Shown: piece after piece, positions 1 through 9,840 of the stretch
Numbering within the stretch: the first letter of the stretch is position 1
Layout of the letters: each line of letters starts with the position of its first letter
Assembly: GCA_050179935.1 (NCBI GenBank)
Contig: JBFXEQ010000006.1
Span: forward strand, 19,863 to 83,862
Source: Bacteroidales bacterium
GTDB taxonomy: Bacteria; Bacteroidota; Bacteroidia; Bacteroidales; UBA12077
Direction of reading: 5' to 3'
DNA length: 64,000 nt
The notes under the pieces: model-generated
The model's database searches: none
What the model was told of the DNA's origin: nothing
Seen by the model: the letters and a program-made list of their open reading frames with translations, nothing else
Translations under genes and position numbers: made by a program

Positions 1-1
1 T

Positions 2-1183
2 TTTTATACTAACTTAACTGGCGATCAGGAAAATACGAACATTGGCTATCCTTTAAATACTACTGCAAATGACCTTTTTTATGTACCTGGTGATAATTTA
101 CAAAAAGGATTTATAGCCAGATTTGAAACATCATCGTTAGGCAAAAAGGATATTTATCAGGTAGATATTTCTCAGGAAATTATTCTTAAAGGTAAAATCA
201 TTGGGCCCGAAGATCTTGCACAAGCAGGAACACAATATTCAATAGTTTTAATAAATAAAGAAACGAATGAAACCGTAAATACAATAATAACTTCTGATCC
301 TGAATTTTCATATAACATTTCCCCTGGAAACTACGCTGTTACAATTCTAAATGATAAATGCAATCCTTACTCACAGGATATTTTAATAGCACAGGATTAT
401 ACAAAGAGCGAATTTCCAATTGAAGCAATATTAACACTTATTCCGGAACCAGAACCACTGGTTGCAGAAGTTACAGAAATTATACCTGAGGTTATTCCAG
501 AAGTAACTCCAGTAATTCAAGAAGAACTTGTTGTTACACCTGTTGTTGAGCAGCCTATCGTTCAGGAGCAACCAATCGAAGAAGAAAAAATTGAGCCACT
601 AGTTGTTGAAGAATCAAAAGAAGAAATAATCGAAGAACCAATCAAACCAAACCCAGAACCAGAAGTTATCGAAAAACCAGTAGAAATAAGCAAACCAAAA
701 CCAACTGTTGTATTCGACAACCTTGAAACTTCAAAAAAATCATATTCAGTGCAGCTTATGGCACTAAGAAAACCTGTTGATATCGATTATTTCTCAGGAA
801 TTGAAAATGTTGTGATCACACTCAGCGAGGATGGGTTTTACCGTTATACCGTTGGATATACTGTTTCGTACAATGAAGCTTGCAGACTTAGGGAAAAAAT
901 TAATCAAACCGGTTATCCTTCAGCATTTATAAAAGCCAATGCATTTGTTCCAAATTACACTATTCAGCTAATGGCTTTAAAAGCACCTGTTGATCTAAGT
1001 TATTTTAAAGATCTGCCTGTAGTTTCGGTTACCAAAGGAGTAGATGAGTTTTACCGATACACTTTTGGCGCATTTGACAATATCCAATCAGCTAAAGAAG
1101 CACTGCAAAAGCTCCGGGAATTGGGATACAACAATGTTTTTATCCGAAAAATGAATAAAGAACTAAATCTGGCGAGCAACTAA
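2..1183 (+). CDS. SPOR-domain cell-envelope protein, C-terminal portion (5' end outside window)
   Basis: Frame 2 is open from the window edge to the TAA at 1181-1183; the track shows only the last Met-initiated 144 aa. Translation gives a Pro/Glu/Val-rich linker (PEPEPLVAEVTEIIPEVIPEVTPV...). Two tandem ~70-aa repeats follow (YSVQLMALRKPVDIDYF...AFIK and YTIQLMALKAPVDLSYF...VFIRK) that resemble SPOR peptidoglycan-binding domains. Confidence 0.7.
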   Translation, partial: FYTNLTGDQENTNIGYPLNTTANDLFYVPGDNLQKGFIARFETSSLGKKDIYQVDISQEIILKGKIIGPEDLAQAGTQYSIVLINKETNETVNTIITSDPEFSYNISPGNYAVTILNDKCNPYSQDILIAQDYTKSEFPIEAILTLIPEPEPLVAEVTEIIPEVIPEVTPVIQEELVVTPVVEQPIVQEQPIEEEKIEPLVVEESKEEIIEEPIKPNPEPEVIEKPVEISKPKPTVVFDNLETSKKSYSVQLMALRKPVDIDYFSGIENVVITLSEDGFYRYTVGYTVSYNEACRLREKINQTGYPSAFIKANAFVPNYTIQLMALKAPVDLSYFKDLPVVSVTKGVDEFYRYTFGAFDNIQSAKEALQKLRELGYNNVFIRKMNKELNLASN

Positions 1184-1306
1184 TCCTAACCGTTTAATGT
1201 TTATCCGCATTATAAACAACAATAGTATGCATTAGTAAGTTTCTTACCGCTAAATCTTTTTCTCATTTCTATTTTGTTTATTTTAGCATCTGCAAAAATC
1301 AATTTT

Positions 1307-1888
1307 ATGTACGAATATATTAAAGGCGAAATAATTGAGCTAAATCCAACATATTTAGTGCTCGAAAACTCTGGAATAGGTTATTTTATTAATATTTCGG
1401 TAAATACTTATTCAAAATTGGCAGAGCAAAAATCTTGCTTGGTTTATATTCATCAGGCTATACGCGAAGACGCACATGTGTTTTTTGGATTTGCCGACAA
1501 AAAGGAAAGAGAAATCTTTCTTCAGTTGATTTCTGTTTCTGGTATTGGCGCAAATACAGCCCGAATGATGCTTTCATCACTTAGCCCGGAAGAAGTAAAA
1601 TCGGCTATTTTACAAAATAACATTGCATTGCTAAAAAGTATAAAAGGGATAGGATTAAAAACGGCTGAAAGAATTATTGTAGATTTGCGCGACAAAGTAG
1701 GTAAAATAACCAACGAATCAGAAATAGTTGTTACTATAAACAATACTATTAAAGATGAAGCGTTATCTGCTTTGGTGATGTTGGGATTTCCAAAAGCAAA
1801 AATTGATAAACTATTAGGAGAAATCCTTAAAGATCACAAAAGCCTTTCTGTTGAAGAGCTGGTAAAGGAATCGCTAAAAAGAATATAA
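1307..1888 (+). CDS. ruvA: Holliday junction branch-migration complex subunit RuvA
   Basis: MYEYIKGEIIELNPTYLVLENSGIGYFINIS... is a classic RuvA N-terminus. HhH motifs are present (VSGIGANTARMML, IKGIGLKTAERII). I prefer the ATG at 1307 over the upstream start at 1274. Confidence 0.9.
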   Translation: MYEYIKGEIIELNPTYLVLENSGIGYFINISVNTYSKLAEQKSCLVYIHQAIREDAHVFFGFADKKEREIFLQLISVSGIGANTARMMLSSLSPEEVKSAILQNNIALLKSIKGIGLKTAERIIVDLRDKVGKITNESEIVVTINNTIKDEALSALVMLGFPKAKIDKLLGEILKDHKSLSVEELVKESLKRI

Positions 1889-1907
1889 TTTAAACGATAG
1901 GGTCTTC

Positions 1908-4900
1908 GTGTTAAAAAAGACATTTAAATACCTTATAATATTTACTTTATTCATGTCCTGGACATTAGTTGTCCGGGCAAATTTTTATTATAACACCCAT
2001 CTGGTATTTTCAGAAAAATCATTTTTAGCAGATACCAATATAACCGATACGGTTGATCTTCAATTTCCTTTCAGCGATCAGGATGATTATGAGTTTTTTA
2101 AAGAAAAGAAAATATCTCCCCTGTTTCTTGGAAATCCTGATAACATTACCGAATCGGTTGAATACGACCCCGAAACCAATACATACATTGTAACTCAGAA
2201 AGTTGGGTCATTTGATTATCGCTCATCAACCCGAATGACAGCAGAGGAATATCAGAGCTATCAATTTGAGCAATCGGTAAGAGATTATTGGAGACAGCGA
2301 TCAAAAGGAGATGCAGGAAATATGCAATCAGGATTATTCCCTTCTTTAAGGCTCGGCGGCGAAACATTCGATAAAATTTTTGGAAGTAATGTTATCGATA
2401 TTGTACCCATGGGTTCGGCTGAGCTTATTTTCGGAGTAAATATTAATGAAGTTGATAACCCTATTCTTTCGGAAAACCTTAAGAAAACTACCACGTTCGA
2501 TTTTCAGGAAAAAATTACCATGGAAGTGAAAGGTTCCGTTGGGGATAAAATAAAATTAGGTATTCGCTATGATACTGAAGCCACATTTGATTTTGAAAAT
2601 CAAACTAAACTAGAATACGTTGGGAAAGAAGATGAAATCATCAAACGAATAGAAGCAGGTAACGTAACCTTGCCATTGCCAGGATCATTAATTACCGGAA
2701 GCCAGAGTTTATTTGGTATAAAAACTGAATTGCAGTTTGGTAATCTAACCGTTACTGGTGTTTTTTCGCAGCAGAAAGGCGAAACCAAGGTTATAAATAT
2801 TAAAGGAGGTGCGCAATCGCAAACTTTCGAAGTACGGGCCGATGAATACGAAGCCAATAAACACTTTTTCCTTTCGCATTATTTTAAAGACAATTACGAT
2901 AAGATTTTGGCAAACTTACCCGTTGTAATGTCTCCATACAATATAACCCGTATTGAAGTATGGGTAACCAATAAGCAAAGTAATTTCGAAGAAAACAGAA
3001 ATATACTTGCCTTACTCGACCTTGCTGAAAACAGAGAAAACATTTTTGCATCGTCTTCTATCATCGATCCAACATCAGCTTTAAGACAAAATCCTTCGAA
3101 CGAAACCAACGAATTATATAGTAAAATTACATTCATCGAAGCTCTGCGTAATATTAATCAAATTCAGAATACCTTAAAACCTTGGGGTGCAAACAATTTT
3201 CAGTCGGGACAGGATTATGAAAAGATTGAAAATGCCCGGATGTTGAAACCCAACGAATATACATTTAATGATAAGCTTGGTTTTATATCGTTAAATGTAG
3301 CTTTAAACTCCGACGAGGTGTTGGCAGTTGCTTATGAGTATTATTTTAATGGTGAGCGATATCAAGTTGGGGAATTTTCGACAGATGGTATTTCGGGCGA
3401 AAAAGTTTTGTTCGTTAAACTGTTAAAAGGTACAACGCTCACCCCGAGTATTCCAACCTGGACCCTTATGATGAAAAATATTTATTCCATCGGAGCCTAC
3501 CAGGTAAATAAAGATAACTTTATTCTTGATGTTTTATATCAGGACGACAAAACCGGTAATGCCGTAAATTACATCTCCGAAGGAAAAATAAACAAAAAGA
3601 TACTTCTAAAGGTTATGAATCTGGATAACCTTAATAGTCAGCTCGATGCAACTCCAGATGGCCGGTTCGACTTTATTGACGGCATAACTGTAAACACTTC
3701 AAATGGTCGTATAATTTTTCCAGTGTTGGAACCATTTGGCAGAAACTTACGAAAAGCATTTGGAGAAACAACCACAGATAGCATTATTGCTAACAAATAC
3801 GTATTTCAGGAGTTATACGACACCACTCTTACCTATGCAAGATTAGTAGCCGAAAAAAATAAATTTTTACTGCGTGGTGAATATCAGTCAGCAGCCAGTT
3901 CTGAGATTTCTTTGAATGCAATAAACATACCTCAGGGTTCGGTAATAGTTACAGCTGGAGGAAGAAAATTAACCGAGAATGTCGAATATACGGTTGATTA
4001 TAACCTTGGTAGAGTTCGCATTATTGATGCCGGATTACTGGAATCCGGAACACCAATACAAGTTTCGCTCGAAAGCAATGCTCTCTATAGCGTTCAAACT
4101 AAAACTCTTATTGGTACACATCTTAACTACAGAATCAGCGACGATTTTAATATTGGTGCTACTGTAATTAACTTAACAGAAAGACCACTTACTCAAAAAG
4201 TTGCCATTGGCGAAGAACCTATTTCAAATACGATTTGGGGTTTAAACACCTCATACAGAACAGAATCACAGCTCTTAACCACATTGGTTGATAAATTGCC
4301 ATTTCTCGAAACAAAAGAAAAATCATCGATAAATTTTGATGCTGAGTTTGCTCATTTAATTCCAGGCCATTCGGATGCAATCGAAGATGAGGGAAATGCA
4401 TATATTGATGATTTTGAAGGCAGCGAAACATCATTTGATATCCGCAGCTACAATGCCTGGGTTTTGGCAAGTATTCCAAAAGAAATGTCTGATCTTTTTC
4501 CCGAAGCCAATGCTGATGGAGTTATTTCGGGATTTAACAGGGCAAAGTTAGCATGGTATAAAATCGACCCATTATTTTTGCGTAACACATCAACAACACC
4601 TGGTCACATTAAAAGTGATGCACAACAACAATCAAATCACTTTGTACGCGAGATTTTTGAGCAAGAGATTTTCCCTAACAAACAACCCGAATCGCAAATT
4701 CCAGCTGCCCTACAAGTATTAAACCTTGCTTTTTATCCTGATGAAAAAGGTCCATATAACTACACATTTGAAAACGACGGGTATAACGATGGTGTAAATC
4801 CTGATGGTAGCCTCGTTAATCCAAGATCGCGATGGGGTGGAATTATGAGAGATATGCCTCAGAAAGACTTCGAAGCTTCTAACGTTGAATATATCGAATT

Positions 4901-7900
4901 CTGGCTAATGGATCCATTTGTATATGACTCGCTTCAAGCTGGTGGTGAACTTTATTTTAACCTGGGTAATATATCTGAAGATATTTTGCAGGACTCACGA
5001 AAGAGCTTTGAAAACGGGCTTCCACGAACATCAACAGTTGAAGATGTTGACACAACAGATTGGGGCAGAATACCTACAAAACAATCACTGGTAAAAGCCT
5101 TTGATGATACACAGCCAAATGCCAGGACATACCAGGATGTTGGTTTGGATGGATTAGGAGATGAGGATGAACGAAACTACTTTAATTGGTATATCTCGGC
5201 CATTCAGAGTGTTGTAACTCCTGAAACATTCGAAAAAATAAATGAAGATCCATCAAACGACAATTATCATTACTACCGAGGTGGCGATTACGATGCACAA
5301 AGAGTTAGCATCTTAGATAGATACAAAAATTATAATAATCACCAAGGAAATTCACCAACCGATTCGCAATCACCCGAAGATTATCCTACGTCGGCAACAA
5401 ACATCCCTGATGGTGAAGACATTAATAATGACAACACGCTAAGTGAAACAGAAAGTTATTTTCAGTATAAAGTAGATATTCGCCCCGAGATGATGCGTGT
5501 TGGTCAGAATTTTATTGTAGATAAAGTCTGGGGCCATGATGTGGATTTGCCAAATGGTGAGCAGAATGTAAAAATTGCCTGGTATCAATTCCGTATTCCT
5601 ATTCGCGAACCCGAAAGAGTAGTTGGAGCAATTCAGGATTTCAAATCCATTCGTTTTATGCGTATGTTTCTACGCGATTTTGAAGATAGCATCATCCTTC
5701 GTTTCGGAAAACTAGAACTTGTTCGTGGAGAATGGAGAAAATATAATCTCTCACTTTTAGAAGGTCAGGAAGCATTAACAGCACCTGAATACTCGAACGG
5801 AACAATTGATATTGCATCAATAAACATTGAAGAAAATACAAATTATGTACTTCCTCCGGGTGTTGACCGGGTTATTGATCCTACCAACCCACAACTACGC
5901 CAACTTAATGAGCAATCAATGGTTTTGCGTGTTAAAGATCTTGACGATGGGGATGCCAGAGCTGCATACAAATCATTAAATCTGGATATCAGACAATATA
6001 AAAAGTTAAAGATGTTTGTTCATGCTGAACAGCACGAAAATGAAGTTTTGAACGATGAGGATTTAAGAATATTCGTTCGACTTGGCACTGATTATAAAGA
6101 CAACTATTATGAATATGAGATTCCTTTAGTTACGAGCGATTACGGAGACGAGGATCGTTATGCAGTATGGCCCGAAGAAAATTATGTTGAAATACTTTTA
6201 GAAGATCTTCTGCAAACAAAACTTGCACGAAACGATGAATTAAGTAAAGCTAACTCAACCATTGCCATAAATTCAATATTTTCGATTTTTAAGGGTAAAA
6301 AACGATACTCAATCAGAGGGAATCCAAACCTCAGTAACGTGCGAACTATTATGATTGGGGTGAGAAATCCAAGTAAGCAAAATAATATTATTTCAGCTGA
6401 CGATGGAATGCCAAAATCTGGCGAAATTTGGGTAAATGAGTTACGATTAACCGATTTTAAAGAAGATGGCGGATGGGCTGCACGAGCAAGGCTTTCGACA
6501 CGCCTGGCTGATTTTGGTACAATAAATCTGGCTGGTAGCATGAGTACCCCAGGTTTTGGAAGTATCGAGAAAAAAGTTAACGAAAGAAGCAAGGAAGAGA
6601 TTATTGAATATGATGTTTCAACCAACCTTGATTTGGGTAAGTTTTTTAGCGAAAAAGCAAAAGTAAGTATCCCTGTTTATGCCGGATATGCCGAAGGTTT
6701 TACAAATCCCGAATACAACCCATTAGAGCCGGATGTACCACTTAATGTTGCTCTCGATAAGGCAGCAAATAAAACCGAAAGAGATTCGATAAAAAACATT
6801 GCACAGGATTACACCCAACGTAAAAGCCTTAATTTTACAAATGTTAAGGTAAATATGCAGTCCGAAAAACCAACTTTTTACGATCCTGCAAACTTTTCGG
6901 TTAATTATGCCTATAACGAACTGTTTTCAAGAAACATTAACACTGAATACTTTATTCAAAAGAGTTACCGTGGAGGAATAAATTACAATTACATTGGCAG
7001 ACCTACTAATGTTACTCCATTTCGCAAGGCAAAATTATTAAACAACAAAGCATTTGCCCTGATTAAAGATTTCAATTTTTATTATCTGCCATCAAGTTTC
7101 TCGTTCAGAACAGATATCAACAGAAATTACCAGGAAGTTAAGACAAGAAATATTAACAATCCGAACAATATTATCGATCCAACCTTTAATAAAGATTTTA
7201 CCTGGAATCGCTTTTATGATTTAAAATATGATTTATCAAGATCATTAAAAATAGAATACTCAGCACAAAACACCTCACGAATCGACGAACCTTACGGAAT
7301 GGTTGATAAACAGAGAGACAGAGACTCATACGAGCATTGGCGCGATTCGGTTTGGAGTAACATCCAGAATTTTGGCCGTAATACGCAGTTCAGTCAGAAT
7401 ATAAATGCTACTTATACTATTCCGATTAATAAAATTCCATTGCTCGACTGGGTAAATGCATCAGCACGTTACAACGGAACTTTTAACTGGGATGCTAGTC
7501 CGGTGCTAAAAAACAGCGATATTGAGTTGGGTAATACCATCCGTAACTCACGAACAATTCAGTTAAATGGACAAACAAACCTCGTTACCCTTTATAACAA
7601 AGCCGGATTTTTAAAGAGAATTAATCAAAAATACAGCAGCGATGCATCTCGAAAAAAGAGTAAAAAGATTGAAACCGTAACTTATAAAGAAGAGAAAGTT
7701 TCGTTAAAAGCAGCCCGTCCAAAAGGGGTTGATCATAATTTAGGCACCGAAACCGTAACCATAAAAGTGCTTGATAAAGATGGCAAAGAAATAAAGGGAG
7801 AGCTCGATATTGTATCGAAAAACAAAGTCCGTTTTAAATCCGAAAAAGATATGGATGATGCTCAGATAATCATTGAAGGCAAAGTTGAAAAGAAAGATAA

Positions 7901-9320
7901 TCCATTGATATTTATTGCAGAAAACACAGCCCTTTTGCTTATGTCGGTTAAGAATATTTCTGCATCGTACACCATAACCGATGGAACTACTTTACCGGGT
8001 TATCTGCAATCAACACAGGTTATGGGTATGAGCGATGTATTTGATGCAGGATCAGCTCCAGGATGGCCATTTGTTTTTGGCTGGCAAGACGACGATTTTG
8101 CAGTTAAAGCAATTAATAACGAATGGTTTACCGAAGACACATCGATGATTAATCCATACCTGATGACGGAAAACAGAAACCTGAACATCAGAGCTACACT
8201 CGAACCAATCAGAGGATTAAAAATCGACCTTACAGCTAACCGAAGTATTTCTGAAAATAACAACAGATACTATTTATCAGCAGTTTACGGAACAGAACCC
8301 TACAACGAGCAGATTACAGGTAATTTTTCGATGACCTATATAACCATATTAACCGCTTTTGAGAAAATATCGAGCGACGACAATTATTATTCGCAGGCAT
8401 ACGAAGATTTTAAAAGCAACAGGGTTGAAATTTCGCGTCGTTTATCAGAAACTCGAATTCCAAATAGCGAACATTTTTATAATCCAAGCGATCCTCACGA
8501 ATCAGATCCTGGATATTATGCCGGGTACGGAAGCCTTTCGCAAGAAGTAATGATTCCAGCATTTTTATCTGCTTATGGAGTAAGTGATAAAAACAATATC
8601 GCATTAGATGTATTCCAGAAAATACCATTACCTAACTGGAACATACGTTTTGACAGATTAAAAGATATTCCATTTCTTAAAAGATACTTTAAATCGATAA
8701 ACATAAGCCATGCATACCGATCTACCTATAATATTGGTACATTTATTAATAATCTCGATTATACTCCCGATCAGGATGGATATAGTTATATCATCGACAA
8801 ACAATCCAACTTTATTCCCGAAAACAATATATCATCGGTATCCATTAACGAGCAATTTGCCCCATTAATTAATATTGATATGACCTGGATTAATAATCTT
8901 ACCACCAGGTTTGAGATGAAAAAATCGAGAACCATAACACTTAGTTTCTCGAATAACCAGATTACTGATGTGTATAGCGATGAGCTTGGTGTAAGTTTGG
9001 GTTACCGGTTTGATAATTTTAACCTGATTTTCGATTTTGGTAAACAACAGGAAAATTTTAAAAGCGATTTAAATTTAAGAGCTAATCTTAAGATACGAGA
9101 TAATATGACCATTTTGCGTAAGATTGCCGAAGATGACGAATCTATTTCTGCTGGTCAGGAAACTATTGTAATAGGAGTTTCAGCAGATTATCAATTAAGT
9201 GACAGACTTACTATTCGCTTATTTTACGATCGAAACTCTACCGAACCATTTATTTCCAGATCATACCCAACATCAAACACCAGTTTTGGATTTAGCTTAC
9301 GATTTACTTTAACCCAATAA
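1908..9320 (+). CDS. sprA: T9SS outer-membrane translocon / gliding motility protein SprA
   Basis: 2470-aa ORF. The GTG start yields a signal peptide (MLKKTFKYLIIFTLFMSWTLVVRA). Its size, its position directly after ruvA (common Bacteroidota synteny) and its beta-barrel-like C-terminus (...FGFSLRFTLTQ) fit SprA. Confidence 0.88.
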   Translation: MLKKTFKYLIIFTLFMSWTLVVRANFYYNTHLVFSEKSFLADTNITDTVDLQFPFSDQDDYEFFKEKKISPLFLGNPDNITESVEYDPETNTYIVTQKVGSFDYRSSTRMTAEEYQSYQFEQSVRDYWRQRSKGDAGNMQSGLFPSLRLGGETFDKIFGSNVIDIVPMGSAELIFGVNINEVDNPILSENLKKTTTFDFQEKITMEVKGSVGDKIKLGIRYDTEATFDFENQTKLEYVGKEDEIIKRIEAGNVTLPLPGSLITGSQSLFGIKTELQFGNLTVTGVFSQQKGETKVINIKGGAQSQTFEVRADEYEANKHFFLSHYFKDNYDKILANLPVVMSPYNITRIEVWVTNKQSNFEENRNILALLDLAENRENIFASSSIIDPTSALRQNPSNETNELYSKITFIEALRNINQIQNTLKPWGANNFQSGQDYEKIENARMLKPNEYTFNDKLGFISLNVALNSDEVLAVAYEYYFNGERYQVGEFSTDGISGEKVLFVKLLKGTTLTPSIPTWTLMMKNIYSIGAYQVNKDNFILDVLYQDDKTGNAVNYISEGKINKKILLKVMNLDNLNSQLDATPDGRFDFIDGITVNTSNGRIIFPVLEPFGRNLRKAFGETTTDSIIANKYVFQELYDTTLTYARLVAEKNKFLLRGEYQSAASSEISLNAINIPQGSVIVTAGGRKLTENVEYTVDYNLGRVRIIDAGLLESGTPIQVSLESNALYSVQTKTLIGTHLNYRISDDFNIGATVINLTERPLTQKVAIGEEPISNTIWGLNTSYRTESQLLTTLVDKLPFLETKEKSSINFDAEFAHLIPGHSDAIEDEGNAYIDDFEGSETSFDIRSYNAWVLASIPKEMSDLFPEANADGVISGFNRAKLAWYKIDPLFLRNTSTTPGHIKSDAQQQSNHFVREIFEQEIFPNKQPESQIPAALQVLNLAFYPDEKGPYNYTFENDGYNDGVNPDGSLVNPRSRWGGIMRDMPQKDFEASNVEYIEFWLMDPFVYDSLQAGGELYFNLGNISEDILQDSRKSFENGLPRTSTVEDVDTTDWGRIPTKQSLVKAFDDTQPNARTYQDVGLDGLGDEDERNYFNWYISAIQSVVTPETFEKINEDPSNDNYHYYRGGDYDAQRVSILDRYKNYNNHQGNSPTDSQSPEDYPTSATNIPDGEDINNDNTLSETESYFQYKVDIRPEMMRVGQNFIVDKVWGHDVDLPNGEQNVKIAWYQFRIPIREPERVVGAIQDFKSIRFMRMFLRDFEDSIILRFGKLELVRGEWRKYNLSLLEGQEALTAPEYSNGTIDIASINIEENTNYVLPPGVDRVIDPTNPQLRQLNEQSMVLRVKDLDDGDARAAYKSLNLDIRQYKKLKMFVHAEQHENEVLNDEDLRIFVRLGTDYKDNYYEYEIPLVTSDYGDEDRYAVWPEENYVEILLEDLLQTKLARNDELSKANSTIAINSIFSIFKGKKRYSIRGNPNLSNVRTIMIGVRNPSKQNNIISADDGMPKSGEIWVNELRLTDFKEDGGWAARARLSTRLADFGTINLAGSMSTPGFGSIEKKVNERSKEEIIEYDVSTNLDLGKFFSEKAKVSIPVYAGYAEGFTNPEYNPLEPDVPLNVALDKAANKTERDSIKNIAQDYTQRKSLNFTNVKVNMQSEKPTFYDPANFSVNYAYNELFSRNINTEYFIQKSYRGGINYNYIGRPTNVTPFRKAKLLNNKAFALIKDFNFYYLPSSFSFRTDINRNYQEVKTRNINNPNNIIDPTFNKDFTWNRFYDLKYDLSRSLKIEYSAQNTSRIDEPYGMVDKQRDRDSYEHWRDSVWSNIQNFGRNTQFSQNINATYTIPINKIPLLDWVNASARYNGTFNWDASPVLKNSDIELGNTIRNSRTIQLNGQTNLVTLYNKAGFLKRINQKYSSDASRKKSKKIETVTYKEEKVSLKAARPKGVDHNLGTETVTIKVLDKDGKEIKGELDIVSKNKVRFKSEKDMDDAQIIIEGKVEKKDNPLIFIAENTALLLMSVKNISASYTITDGTTLPGYLQSTQVMGMSDVFDAGSAPGWPFVFGWQDDDFAVKAINNEWFTEDTSMINPYLMTENRNLNIRATLEPIRGLKIDLTANRSISENNNRYYLSAVYGTEPYNEQITGNFSMTYITILTAFEKISSDDNYYSQAYEDFKSNRVEISRRLSETRIPNSEHFYNPSDPHESDPGYYAGYGSLSQEVMIPAFLSAYGVSDKNNIALDVFQKIPLPNWNIRFDRLKDIPFLKRYFKSINISHAYRSTYNIGTFINNLDYTPDQDGYSYIIDKQSNFIPENNISSVSINEQFAPLINIDMTWINNLTTRFEMKKSRTITLSFSNNQITDVYSDELGVSLGYRFDNFNLIFDFGKQQENFKSDLNLRANLKIRDNMTILRKIAEDDESISAGQETIVIGVSADYQLSDRLTIRLFYDRNSTEPFISRSYPTSNTSFGFSLRFTLTQ

Positions 9321-9342
9321 TCGATATTATAAAAATTTTAAT

Positions 9343-9350
9343 TAATTTTG
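9343..9350 (+). promoter_or_regulatory. candidate Bacteroidota -7 promoter box (TAATTTTG) for gcvH
   Basis: Matches TAnnTTTG. It lies 46 nt upstream of the gcvH ATG, in the gap after sprA. Confidence 0.3.
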
Positions 9351-9395
9351 ACTTGAATTTGTTAATACTCAAATTTTAATTAAAAATAATTTATT

Positions 9396-9776
9396 ATGAA
9401 TATTCCACAAAACCTAAAGTACACAAAAGATCACGAATGGATTCGTGTTGAAGGAAACGAAGCCTATGTAGGTATTACCGAATATGCACAAGGAGAACTT
9501 GGTGATATCGTTTTTATTGAAATCGAAACAGTTGGTGAAAACCTGGCTAAAGAAGAAGTTTTTGGAACCGTTGAAGCTGTTAAAACAGTTTCGGATATGT
9601 TTATGCCCGTTTCTGGCGAGGTTTTAGAAGTAAATCCTAAGCTTGAAGAATCTCCTGAGGTTGTAAATAAAGATCCATATGGTGAAGGTTGGTTTGTTAA
9701 GATTGCTATTAAAAATGCAGCTGAATTAAATGAATTATTAGACGCTGCTGCTTATTCAAAATTATTACAAGCTTAA
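9396..9776 (+). CDS. gcvH: glycine cleavage system protein H
   Basis: 126 aa. [34 protein letters not shown] and the lipoyl-lysine motif VEAVKTVSD are present. Confidence 0.95.
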   Translation: MNIPQNLKYTKDHEWIRVEGNEAYVGITEYAQGELGDIVFIEIETVGENLAKEEVFGTVEAVKTVSDMFMPVSGEVLEVNPKLEESPEVVNKDPYGEGWFVKIAIKNAAELNELLDAAAYSKLLQA

Positions 9777-9794
9777 TTACCTTATTATAAAAAA

Positions 9795-9826
9795 ACAGCC
9801 CGATAAATTTCGGGCTGTTTTCTTTT
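9795..9826. terminator. bidirectional intrinsic terminator between gcvH and infB
   Basis: Stem ACAGCCCG / CGGGCTGT with an 8-nt loop. It is flanked by an A-run upstream and a T-run downstream, between convergent genes. Confidence 0.7.
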
Positions 9827-9840
9827 TGTACATATTTAGA

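Noticed and set aside
430-720. Repetitive GAA/CCA-rich DNA that might be a tandem DNA repeat
   Set aside because: It is in frame with the SPOR protein and encodes its Pro/Glu/Val-rich linker. The repeats are imperfect and at the codon level.
6182-6625. 147-aa minus-strand ORF, plus many other 60-100-aa ORFs inside sprA
   Set aside because: They lie entirely antisense to, or out of frame with, a continuous 2470-aa conserved gene. They have no start context and no recognisable sequence.
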